From Candidatus Saccharimonadota bacterium (lineage in GTDB: Bacteria; Patescibacteriota; Saccharimonadia; Saccharimonadales; Saccharimonadaceae): DNA of 64,000 nucleotides. The first letter of the stretch is position 1, and every line of letters starts with the position of its first letter. The stretch covers positions 2,328 to 66,327 of the forward strand of contig JAEEUB010000003.1 in assembly GCA_016286785.1 (NCBI GenBank), given 5' to 3'. A program made the translations under genes and the position numbers. This document shows, one piece after another, positions 26,835-35,690 of this stretch. The notes beneath the pieces are model-generated. The model saw only the letters and a list, made by a program, of their open reading frames with translations. It was not told the DNA's origin and ran no database searches.

Positions 26835-28642
26835 TCTTCTTCTGGCACAACCGCTAGCGATAATTCATCAAGCTGAGCGTCGTCAACCAAAGAAGGAGAA
26901 TCCATCATAAGATCCACACCGGAGCCATTTTTAGGGAAGGCGACAATATCGCGAATATTATCCACAGACTCGAGTACCATAAAGATGCGATCTAGGCCCG
27001 GGGCACAACCGGCATGTGGCGGAGCGCCAAATTTAAACGCATTAAGCATGCCACCAAATCTAGATTCTACATATTCGTTATTGTAGCCTAAAATATTAAA
27101 TACCTTATACATGATTTCCGGACTGTAATTACGCACGGCACCAGAACAAACTTCAAAGCCGTTCATCACCATATCAAACTGGTCGGCCTTAAGTTCTAGA
27201 AATCTCTGCTGTGACGAATCTTTGTTGGAAATCTCTTCTATGGCCTTAAGCCCTCCCTTTGGCATACTAAATGGATTATGTCCAAAATCTAATTTGTTGT
27301 TTTTTCCGTCCCATTCGTAAAATGGAAAATCAACAATCCAAGCATAAGAAACTTCATCTGGATTTTTAAGCTTAAAATGGTCTGCAAAAGCAATACGAAG
27401 TTCGCCTAAGACCTTATTAACCTTAACGCGAGTATCTGCGCCAAAGAAAACGGCATCGCCAGTGCTTGCGCTAGTGAGCTTTTGTACATTTTTGATTTCG
27501 TCTTCGGTCATAAATTTAAGAATTGGCGATTTGGCACCTTCTTCCGTATATAATATATAGGCCAGTCCACCTGCGCCAAGCTTGCGAGCCCGTTCGGTAA
27601 AATCATCAATTTCGCGGCGAGTTAAAGAGGCTGCGCCCTTAACACATAGTGCCTTTACGCACTCAGTCTTAAATACCTTAAATTCGGTATCTTTAAAAAC
27701 GTCAGTTAAGTTAATTAATTCCATACCGTAGCGCAAATCCGGTTTATCAGTGCCGTAAGTGTCGAGCGCAAAATCATAAGGCAACTTAGGAATCTTATTA
27801 TTCTTTCCTAAGTATTCCTTGGCGGGCTCAGAGTTTAAGACGAGTTTTTTATTGCTAAATTTGGTAGCCAGTTCGATAAATAGCGGTTCGATTTCAGCGC
27901 GTACGGTTTCTCCGTCGTCCACGAACGCCATTTCCATATCTAGTTGATAAAAATCTCCATAAAGCCGATCGGCGCGGGGATCTTCATCGCGAAAACACGG
28001 AGCAATTTGAAAATATTTATCCACGCCGCCTACCATCAGTAGCTGCTTAAACTGCTGTGGCGCTTGCGGCAGGGCATAAAACTTGCCTGGGTGCAAGCGC
28101 GATGGAACCAAAAAATCGCGGGCCCCCTCGGGGGATGAGTTGGCTAAAATCGGTGTAGTAATCTCTGTAAAATCATGCTCATACATAAAATTGCGAATAT
28201 AACGATAGTATTCTGAGCGGCGCAATAAAAGATTTTGCATGCTAGGCCGCCTTAAATCTAGATAGCGATATTTAAGGCGCATTTCCTCGGATGATTTTTC
28301 GCCATCGTCATGCGTATTAACGGGTAGGGGTTCTGATTTATTTAAAAGCTCCAAAGAATCAACAACTAGCTCAATTTTACCTGTAGGAATATGCGGATTA
28401 ATTAGGTCCGGCTCGCGCTCACGCATTTTGCCCGTCGCTTTTAAAACATATTCGTCGCGTACTGACTCGGCCAGCTTAAAGGCTGTCTCGTTTTCGGGCG
28501 TAATTACGAGTTGAATAATTCCGGTATGATCACGAAGATCAATAAAAATCAATCCACCATGATCTCGTCTAGAATTAACCCAACCTTCCACGGTAACTGT
28601 TTTGCTCAAAAAATTCTCTAATTCATTTGCAAGTGTTCTCAT
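26831..28642 (-). CDS. aspS: Aspartate--tRNA ligase
   Basis: RRDHGGLIFIDLRD, LKYRYLDLRR, PEGARDFLVPSR, FRDEDPRADR, GAPPHAG..PGLDR, AFPK. Confidence 0.98.
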   Translation of the reverse strand: MRTLANELENFLSKTVTVEGWVNSRRDHGGLIFIDLRDHTGIIQLVITPENETAFKLAESVRDEYVLKATGKMREREPDLINPHIPTGKIELVVDSLELLNKSEPLPVNTHDDGEKSSEEMRLKYRYLDLRRPSMQNLLLRRSEYYRYIRNFMYEHDFTEITTPILANSSPEGARDFLVPSRLHPGKFYALPQAPQQFKQLLMVGGVDKYFQIAPCFRDEDPRADRLYGDFYQLDMEMAFVDDGETVRAEIEPLFIELATKFSNKKLVLNSEPAKEYLGKNNKIPKLPYDFALDTYGTDKPDLRYGMELINLTDVFKDTEFKVFKTECVKALCVKGAASLTRREIDDFTERARKLGAGGLAYILYTEEGAKSPILKFMTEDEIKNVQKLTSASTGDAVFFGADTRVKVNKVLGELRIAFADHFKLKNPDEVSYAWIVDFPFYEWDGKNNKLDFGHNPFSMPKGGLKAIEEISNKDSSQQRFLELKADQFDMVMNGFEVCSGAVRNYSPEIMYKVFNILGYNNEYVESRFGGMLNAFKFGAPPHAGCAPGLDRIFMVLESVDNIRDIVAFPKNGSGVDLMMDSPSLVDDAQLDELSLAVVPEED

Positions 28643-28696
28643 AGGCTATATTATACCATAAAATACCAGGGAAATCCGCTTTAGTACTGCCCGGCA

Positions 28697-29269
28697 TTAC
28701 CCTAGTAGGTAATCTAGGAGCATTTGAATGGTAAAAAAACCAGCCAGGGAATTATCTTTATCGAGCACTAAAAAATAATAACTGTTAGTGCGTTCGATTT
28801 CTTCAACTGCAAAGCTAAGCGAATCGGTCTCGTGAAGATAAAAAACATCTCGAGACATGTACTTTTCGGCTCGGTCGGTTTTTTTGATTTCGAGCGCATT
28901 TAAGGCCTCAGTATGAATAATGCCTTTAACTTTTTCTTTGTTGTCTACAACCGGAAAATTAGTAAAGCCAGACTTGTATAGCTTATCTAAAGTTAGCGGC
29001 CCAAGAATATCCTTAGCATTTACAAAGACCATCTCGTCCTTTTTTACCATTAGCTGTTCGACCTTCTTGTTGTCAAAACTCATAATCGCCGCAATCCGGT
29101 TGCGGTCTCTGTCGCTCAGTATTGCTTTAGGGGTGCGCCTTAGTACATCAATAAATTCTTCAAGTGTTTTGGGTGTATATTTTGGTTTTACTTTTGGGGT
29201 GTGTTCGCGATATTTTTCTAATTTTGGGTCAAGAAACTTAACAACCTTTTGCAAAAACCTAAACCACAT
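28697..29269 (-). CDS. CBS-domain protein
   Basis: SGFTNFPVVD..VKGII and a second CBS repeat. Confidence 0.75.
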   Translation of the reverse strand: MWFRFLQKVVKFLDPKLEKYREHTPKVKPKYTPKTLEEFIDVLRRTPKAILSDRDRNRIAAIMSFDNKKVEQLMVKKDEMVFVNAKDILGPLTLDKLYKSGFTNFPVVDNKEKVKGIIHTEALNALEIKKTDRAEKYMSRDVFYLHETDSLSFAVEEIERTNSYYFLVLDKDNSLAGFFTIQMLLDYLLG

Positions 29270-29301
29270 GATATTATGTATTATAGCATAAAGGAGTTGT
29301 T

Positions 29302-30066
29302 ATGAAAAAATACAAAGGTTTTTCGATTTTAGGTGTTGCAATTGGAGTTGTAGTTGTTGCTTTACTAGGCCTCGCCACTTTCGCCGTAATTGACGGCAAC
29401 AATAAAGCGGTCGATTTTAATAAATACGACTTCAACTCAATTATCGAGGCAAACGCAGACAATGGCAACATTGCCGACCACGTTAAAGGCTCACCCGATG
29501 CTCCGGTTATCATCTTTGAATATGCCGATTATCAATGTCCGGGATGCGCCTCAATTAATCCGAGAGTTAATAAAATCATTGAACAGTTAGACGGTAAACT
29601 AGCGATCGTTTATCGAAGCTTCCTTTTAGCTTATCATCAAAACGGCACCGCGGCCGCCTCGGCGGTTGAAGCAGCTGGCTTGCAAGGTTATTGGAAAGAG
29701 TATGCAAATAAAATGTTTGAGACACAAGAAGAATGGGAATACGCTAGCGCGTCTGAGCGTGCGGACCTATTTAATAAGTACTTCGTAGAGGTCACAAACG
29801 GCAAAGGAGATGTAAACAAATTTAATCAAGATATCGCTTCGGAAGCAGTTAAAAAGAAAATCGGTTTTGATATGGGTATTGGTAAGAGAGTCAATGTTGA
29901 AGGCACCCCAGCCTTCTATATCGACGGACAGCTAATTAAGTGGGGAAGCGAAGGCAGCGTCGAGATAAACGGCGAAGTTATTTCTTGGGACTCGGCTAGA
30001 ACGGGTGATGAATTTTCCAAATTAATAAAAAATATTGTTGAGGCTAAATTAAAAATAACCGAGTAG
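29302..30066 (+). CDS. DsbA-like thioredoxin-fold protein
   Basis: GSPDAPVIIFEYADYQCPGC, cis-Pro VEGTP; N-terminal anchor; AAGGAG SD. Confidence 0.92.
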   Translation: MKKYKGFSILGVAIGVVVVALLGLATFAVIDGNNKAVDFNKYDFNSIIEANADNGNIADHVKGSPDAPVIIFEYADYQCPGCASINPRVNKIIEQLDGKLAIVYRSFLLAYHQNGTAAASAVEAAGLQGYWKEYANKMFETQEEWEYASASERADLFNKYFVEVTNGKGDVNKFNQDIASEAVKKKIGFDMGIGKRVNVEGTPAFYIDGQLIKWGSEGSVEINGEVISWDSARTGDEFSKLIKNIVEAKLKITE

Positions 30067-30068
30067 TC

Positions 30069-30120
30069 TTTTAAGAACTGTATGTGGTTACTGTTAAGAG
30101 TGACCACATATTTCTTAAAA
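30069..30120. terminator. Long imperfect hairpin between convergent genes
   Basis: TTTTAAGAA/TTCTTAAAA and TATGTGGTTAC/GTGACCACATA arms. Confidence 0.65.
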
Positions 30121-30137
30121 CTAGCTCGGTTATTTTA

Positions 30138-30224
30138 TTAGATTTCGATAAACTCTTGCCAAGCGGCAGGAGGTATCTTTGACTCTTTACGACCGTGAGA
30201 TCGCTTTAGTCTTTTGATACGCAT
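30138..30224 (-). CDS. Small basic protein, 28 aa (MRIKRLKRSHGRKESKIPPAAWQEFIEI), not in the ORF track
   Basis: AAGGAG SD, upstream TGCTAGAAT -10 and a structured leader. Confidence 0.6.
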   Translation of the reverse strand: MRIKRLKRSHGRKESKIPPAAWQEFIEI

Positions 30225-30367
30225 GTATCTAATTTTCTCCTTAATGTTTTTCGCTCTAACGACCGCACCCACCTCGCAAAGGTTGAACCTTGGGAATTAT
30301 GAGCGATAACGCCTATTCTAGCAAAGCTTTTTAAATAGTGCAAGCATAAAAATGATATAATGTTACC

Positions 30368-31042
30368 ATGAAGAAGCGTGGGCGAATCAAGTTTCATAAG
30401 ATTAAAACTTGGCAATTATTACTTATTTTAATTCCGCTACTTTTTGTTGGTGCCACGCTTTTAAGGCTCGATCACGTAAGAATGGCCGAGCTAAGAAACA
30501 AAGTCTTAGCCGCAGACGAAGCCGAAAACGATGATGAATTAAATGACGCCATAAATCAACTAAAGGATTTTGTTTTTTCGCATATCGTGATAAATGTGGT
30601 GGATGATAATGGTGAACAAAAAGTAACATTTGGTACCGGACCTTTTTACCTAGAACATAGGTATATTAGGGCAGCTAACGCAGCCTTAAAAGAAGCAGAA
30701 GCTAACCTGTCGGATGACAGCAATCCAAACGGCAATGTTTACGCCATGGCTTCGGCAGTATGTCAGCCCCAGGCTATTGCTAATGGGTGGAGCTGGGATG
30801 ATGCGAATTTTATCAACTGTATGGTATCCGAAATTAATAAATACCCAGCGGCCGACGAGCTTCAGGATAAAATTGTTGCAAGTCTCCCGTCTACCGAACT
30901 ATATCGCAGAGAATACAATTCTCCAATCTGGGCCCCGTCATTATCTGGTTTTATGATTTTGATAACGCTAATAATCATTGTTGTAATTTTATGGCGACTA
31001 ATTGTCTGGATTTTTCTAAGGTTATCTCTGTTATTTATATAA
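30368..31042 (+). CDS. Conserved hypothetical membrane protein (2 TM)
   Basis: N- and C-terminal TM helices; leaderless -10. Confidence 0.8.
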   Translation: MKKRGRIKFHKIKTWQLLLILIPLLFVGATLLRLDHVRMAELRNKVLAADEAENDDELNDAINQLKDFVFSHIVINVVDDNGEQKVTFGTGPFYLEHRYIRAANAALKEAEANLSDDSNPNGNVYAMASAVCQPQAIANGWSWDDANFINCMVSEINKYPAADELQDKIVASLPSTELYRREYNSPIWAPSLSGFMILITLIIIVVILWRLIVWIFLRLSLLFI

Positions 31043-31069
31043 CACATATAAAATATCATCGAAAAACTC

Positions 31070-31098
31070 TTGACAATTAAGCTTAGGGGTCATAAGAT
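31070..31098 (+). promoter_or_regulatory. Sigma70 promoter TTGACA-17-TAAGAT
   Basis: Direct reading, 17-nt spacing. Confidence 0.7.
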
Positions 31099-31129
31099 AG
31101 GAATATATTAACTTAAGGAGGAAAGCTAA

Positions 31130-31333
31130 ATGGCTTACGAACATACTAACGGTAAAGGTGTCAAATACTACTTGCACAAGTCTGAAGTTACTCTACGTGG
31201 TGGCAAACCCCAGACGATTTATTTCTTCACTAAGGACGAAAAGGGTGGTAAAGGTACTCCTTGCGATTTGCCAGAAGACCGCGTTGTATGCGAGAATCCA
31301 CGCAATGGCTTCTTAACTCTCAAGAAGAAATAA
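31130..31333 (+). CDS. Small conserved hypothetical protein (MAYEHTN...YYLH...TIYFF family)
   Basis: AAGGAGG SD, biased codon usage, own promoter and terminator. Confidence 0.85.
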   Translation: MAYEHTNGKGVKYYLHKSEVTLRGGKPQTIYFFTKDEKGGKGTPCDLPEDRVVCENPRNGFLTLKKK

Positions 31334-31440
31334 TACAACAACAGGATGAATTTAAAAATGCCAGGTTAATCCTGGTATTTTTTTGCAGAATCATAAAAGA
31401 GGCCGCCCAGGCCTAAACCCGGGCGGCAGAAGTGAAGAGC

Positions 31441-31749
31441 CTAAAAGGGAGGGAAGAAAATCCAACCAGAGTGCTTTTCTGTTGAGTAGTATGCCCTAAA
31501 AACAAGGCACTTGTCCGGTTCGCCCGTTGCTTTGCAACGCCCCTCGAGGTTGAAACTCGCCCCCGAGCCATCCGCGTGTTGGATGCTGGAAACCCTAACG
31601 TCGGACATTGGCACCACCACTCGTTCACCATCATTGTTGCGGCTGAAAACGACCCCAAACTCCACAGGCTTGTATGCGTCATCGTACGCATACCTGAACG
31701 AATCCAGTAACTCATCTAAACTGGGGCCACTAATAATCTCAAAGTTCAT
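31441..31749 (-). CDS. Hypothetical protein (GC-rich; GPS...IQHADGSG..FNLEG family)
   Basis: TTGACT-17-TATAAT promoter, GAGGAG SD, GC-rich hairpin downstream. Confidence 0.75.
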   Translation of the reverse strand: MNFEIISGPSLDELLDSFRYAYDDAYKPVEFGVVFSRNNDGERVVVPMSDVRVSSIQHADGSGASFNLEGRCKATGEPDKCLVFRAYYSTEKHSGWIFFPPF

Positions 31750-31868
31750 TTCTCACTCCTCTCAAGGTGCACCAAACGGATAACACATATTATATCACAC
31801 TTAAGCAAAGTAGTCAAAAAAGACTCACGCTGAAATTGTGAGTCTAACTCATTGCTATCCAATAATAA

Positions 31869-31945
31869 TGGTCGGGGTACTTGGATTCGAACCAAGGACA
31901 CTGCGTGTATAAGACGCATGCTCTAACCAACTGAGCTATACCCCG
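31869..31945 (-). tRNA. tRNA-Ile(TAT)
   Basis: Perfect 5-bp anticodon stem TGCGT/ACGCA with loop CTTATAC; CGGGGTA/TACCCCG acceptor stem; A73 CCA. Confidence 0.9.
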
Positions 31946-31983
31946 CTTCATACATTTTACCACAAAATGGTATAATAGTAAGC

Positions 31984-32412
31984 ATGAACGCGTTAAAAAC
32001 GAAAATTCGCCGCTTAAATTATAAGATGAAACACGACTTTTTGACCGTAGAAAATATAGTGCTTTTGCTGGCTATTATCTTGTGTTTCGTTTGTACGTAT
32101 CAATCAATTGTTTCGATGTCTCGCAACTGGGAACTATCTGAGCGGCTGACTGCGGAAAAAAGAGAGCTAGAACTCCTAAGTATGGAGGTAGAAGCAGCAG
32201 AGCTTGAAAATCAGTATCTCGCTTCAAACGAGTATCAAGAATTAATTGCGCGCAGGAACCTGGATAAAAAATTAGAGGGCGAGAATATGGTGGTCATGCC
32301 CGAAAACTCAGAAGCGGCCAAAACCAAACGACAGCAGGTTAAAACCGTGGAAAATGTAAAAATATACTCTAACTTTGAAAAATGGATGATGTATTTATTT
32401 CCAAGCTACTAA
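31984..32412 (+). CDS. Septum formation initiator (FtsB/DivIC/FtsL-like)
   Basis: Single TM plus coiled coil, ELIARRNL...GENMVVMP. Confidence 0.7.
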   Translation: MNALKTKIRRLNYKMKHDFLTVENIVLLLAIILCFVCTYQSIVSMSRNWELSERLTAEKRELELLSMEVEAAELENQYLASNEYQELIARRNLDKKLEGENMVVMPENSEAAKTKRQQVKTVENVKIYSNFEKWMMYLFPSY

Positions 32413-32441
32413 AACAATTAAGCTTATGCTATAATTAAGAT

Positions 32442-33236
32442 ATGTACGGCAACAAAAAAGGCTTTACTTTAATTGAGGTAGCTTTATTTTTGGCTGTTAC
32501 TGGCGCACTATTCGCCGCCATCATGGGCGGCGTACAAAACTCCATTTTTCAGCAACGCATAAACGATTCAACTCAAAGTTTTATGGAATTTCTTAAAACA
32601 GCTTATTCTGAGACCATGAATGTTCAGAGTCTCGGCTATGGAAGATCAAACATGGCTATCTATGGCAAGCTTATCACTTTTAATGAGGAATATGCCCTAG
32701 ATGGTACACGGTTCGATGGCGGCGACAATAGAAATCGTATATATATGTATGATGTTTTTGGTGACATAAAAGAAGATGGTATCGGCGCTCCCAATTCTGT
32801 AATTGGGGCACTAGACAATCTGAATGCTCACGTAATAAGAGAAGAAGATGGAGAAAAGGTATTAAATGGCATTGTCGAAACCTATACTCCAAAATGGGGC
32901 GCAGCAATTCAAAATAGCGATGGCCAACCATTCTCTGGCTCATTGCTAATAATCAGGCACCCCAACTCTGGCGTTATATATACTTTTTATTCTACTACTG
33001 CAATTCCGGTTAACGGGATGCGGCTATCAACCGTAGAAGGCGCCCCTGATATTGACTGGAATTCTTCTGGATTTTATTCAGGCAGCAATATCGATTTCTG
33101 CATCAATCCAACGCCAGAATCATCATATCCAAACAGGCCAAACGTTAGGATTGTGGCTGGTTCAAGAAGCGGCTCTGGTATCGAGCTAGTTCCCGAAAGT
33201 GATCAGGAATACGCATGTGAATGGGAGGGAAACTAA
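32442..33236 (+). CDS. Minor pilin (FimU/GspH-like)
   Basis: KKG|FTLIEVALFLAVTG class III signal. Confidence 0.88.
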   Translation: MYGNKKGFTLIEVALFLAVTGALFAAIMGGVQNSIFQQRINDSTQSFMEFLKTAYSETMNVQSLGYGRSNMAIYGKLITFNEEYALDGTRFDGGDNRNRIYMYDVFGDIKEDGIGAPNSVIGALDNLNAHVIREEDGEKVLNGIVETYTPKWGAAIQNSDGQPFSGSLLIIRHPNSGVIYTFYSTTAIPVNGMRLSTVEGAPDIDWNSSGFYSGSNIDFCINPTPESSYPNRPNVRIVAGSRSGSGIELVPESDQEYACEWEGN

Positions 33237-34121
33237 ATGAAAAACTCCAAAAAAGGTTTTACTATGGTCGAATTATCTTTGTCTATCGCATTTTTGTCTA
33301 TTTTGTCGATCACTATAGTTCTTATTATTACGAATGCGGTCTCAGCTTATCACCGCGGGCTAACACTTAACGATGTTAATTCTGTTGGCATGGATTTAGT
33401 AAACGATATGAGGGGAACGATTCAAAATTCACCAGGTACGTCTGCTACTAGCCTATGTGCCACGGCATATACCGGCAACGATGGCGCAAAAGGGGCCTGC
33501 CTAGACGATCATGCCAGCAAGTTTACCTCTATAGTTCATCACGAAAGGATAAAAATCGGAAACGATAATGACTACAATGAAGCGCCAATTTATGGAGCTT
33601 TTTGCACGGGGAGGTACTCTTATATCTGGAATTCTGGCTACGCCTTTTGGACGTCTGGCGTACAATTCGAAAAATCTAACGTCGCCCCTCGAGCTAGCCT
33701 GGAAGGAGCGCCTAAAGACTTTAAGCTACTAAAAGTAAGGGACGAGTCCAGAAGTATCTGCGTTAATGCCGTCAAGGATGCATCAAGGAATGGCTATGGA
33801 GAAAACGCCGAAGTCAATAATAATTATTCTTTTAGACTTACTTCATCAGAGGGCAATGATCCCCCAGTAGATCTTTTGGCGGCCAAGCGTAATCTCGCAA
33901 TCTATGACCTAACGGTTCCAGTACCGGCAGACAACAGTCATGGCGCATTGTTCTATTCCGTATCGTTTATTTTAGGAACAATGCAAGGCGGCATTAACGT
34001 AATGGCAGCCGGCGATTACTGTGCTACCCCAGGTGGATATAATTCATCATTAGAAAATCTTGATTATTGTGCAATCAATAAATTTAACTTTACAGCTCAA
34101 GCTACAGGAGGAGGAAAATGA
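33237..34121 (+). CDS. Minor pilin (PilW/GspJ-like)
   Basis: KKG|FTMVELSLSIAFLS class III signal. Confidence 0.88.
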   Translation: MKNSKKGFTMVELSLSIAFLSILSITIVLIITNAVSAYHRGLTLNDVNSVGMDLVNDMRGTIQNSPGTSATSLCATAYTGNDGAKGACLDDHASKFTSIVHHERIKIGNDNDYNEAPIYGAFCTGRYSYIWNSGYAFWTSGVQFEKSNVAPRASLEGAPKDFKLLKVRDESRSICVNAVKDASRNGYGENAEVNNNYSFRLTSSEGNDPPVDLLAAKRNLAIYDLTVPVPADNSHGALFYSVSFILGTMQGGINVMAAGDYCATPGGYNSSLENLDYCAINKFNFTAQATGGGK

Positions 34122-35473
34122 AAAAAATAATCAGTAAAACTAAAAAAGGAGCGGCATCATTTTATATGGTAGCTTTTTCGACGTTAGTTCTTATAATTAT
34201 TGCAACAAGCTTTGCCGCAGTAATCATATCCGAAGTAACCCGCACAGCCAACGATGATTTGTCAAAATCAGCCTACGACTCGGCCATGGCGGGCGTTGAG
34301 GATGCCAAATTGGTAGTACATAGTTACCAAAAATGCATTGAAGAAAACAATAACGATGGTTCGTGCAAAACAATCCGTGATGAGATTGAGAATACTAGTC
34401 CCGATAGTGAGTCTAATGGTGAAGATGGAAAATGTGATCAAGTAGGACGGTTATTAGGAAGATTTGATGAAGATGATGGGAATTCAGGAAGACTCGATGA
34501 AAATGATAGGAATGAGGTTTTAATTCAGGAATCAAAAATCGAAAACAACATGTCCCAGGCCTACACCTGCGTAAAGATTAGCTTGCCCGGAGATTATAGT
34601 GGCGCATTAAGCTCTGGCGAACAGTTTAAAGTTATTAAGGCAAAGTTTGAAAGTCCTGAAATATCCAATAAGGTAAAAAGCGTAATTATAAACTGGTCTT
34701 CTGGTTCTGGAAGTAGTGATCTTAACTATAATAATTTCACCGGTGAGGAAGTTACGTTTTCAAAGGATGTTAGTATGCCCCCAACAATCGCAGTCTCCAT
34801 GATACAGACTGGTGGGGAATCTTTCAACCTAGACAGTTTTACTCGCACTATTGAAGGAACCACAAACCGTGGCACACTTTTCTTAGTACCTACAGAAGAA
34901 AAACTCAACGGGCAAACAGACACTTACAAATCAGCATATGATGAAAATGAGGGGGCCAACCACATTGATGAGGACGGCTTCTTAAAATCCAACGATAAAA
35001 CAGCCAAAAATCTACCTTATGCGGTATATTGTGGCAACGCGTCGGATGAATATGCTTGTTCTGCCACAATCGATATTCCCCGCCCAATCGGCGGCGGCGC
35101 TAGAAATCCCAACACTTTTTATTTTGTAGTAACGCAGCCCTATGCCGGCGATACGTATACGGACTTTAATGTATTGTTCTCTTGCGACGACGACGTGGTT
35201 TGCAATGAAGGAAAGGATGTTCCAGCGGCGGAAAAAAACTACGCCAAATTGGATGGCGTTCAAATCAAGATTGATTCAACTGGTCGAGCTAATGATATGT
35301 ATCGTCGGGTTGAGGTTCGTCTAGACGGCGATCCAAACTATGCCTTCTCAGTCATGGGACCTCTAGAGCTATTGAATAATGAAGAAGACACTCCCTCTCT
35401 CAAAAAAGACTTAACTGTTACATGCGAATGGAATCTCGGAGTTAACCCGGATAATGTCACCTGCCCTCAGTAA
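34118..35473 (+). CDS. PilX/GspK-like pilin lacking E5
   Basis: KKG|AASFYMVAFSTLVLII, SAYDSAMAGVEDAK, DSTGRA...RRVEVR. Confidence 0.82.
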   Translation: MKKIISKTKKGAASFYMVAFSTLVLIIIATSFAAVIISEVTRTANDDLSKSAYDSAMAGVEDAKLVVHSYQKCIEENNNDGSCKTIRDEIENTSPDSESNGEDGKCDQVGRLLGRFDEDDGNSGRLDENDRNEVLIQESKIENNMSQAYTCVKISLPGDYSGALSSGEQFKVIKAKFESPEISNKVKSVIINWSSGSGSSDLNYNNFTGEEVTFSKDVSMPPTIAVSMIQTGGESFNLDSFTRTIEGTTNRGTLFLVPTEEKLNGQTDTYKSAYDENEGANHIDEDGFLKSNDKTAKNLPYAVYCGNASDEYACSATIDIPRPIGGGARNPNTFYFVVTQPYAGDTYTDFNVLFSCDDDVVCNEGKDVPAAEKNYAKLDGVQIKIDSTGRANDMYRRVEVRLDGDPNYAFSVMGPLELLNNEEDTPSLKKDLTVTCEWNLGVNPDNVTCPQ

Positions 35474-35508
35474 ACCATCAACCCGGCACTTTCTTTCAAA
35501 TGGCTTTG

Positions 35509-35537
35509 TTGACAATAAGTTAAACTTGCTATATAAT
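35509..35537 (+). promoter_or_regulatory. Consensus sigma70 promoter TTGACA-17-TATAAT for the initiator tRNA
   Basis: Direct reading. Confidence 0.9.
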
Positions 35538-35548
35538 ATATAGCATAC

Positions 35549-35625
35549 CGTGGGGTAGAGCAGCCTGGTAGCTCGTTTGGCTCATAACCAAAAGGTCGCT
35601 GGTTCAAATCCAGCCCCCACAACCA
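35549..35625 (+). tRNA. Initiator tRNA-fMet(CAT)
   Basis: C1:A72 mismatch, A11-U24, loop CTCATAA, CCA. Confidence 0.93.
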
Positions 35626-35690
35626 TTTAAAAATCAGCATTGGGTTCAACCTGAGTTACCCCCCTAACCCAGGTTGAACTCAGGAGCTGA

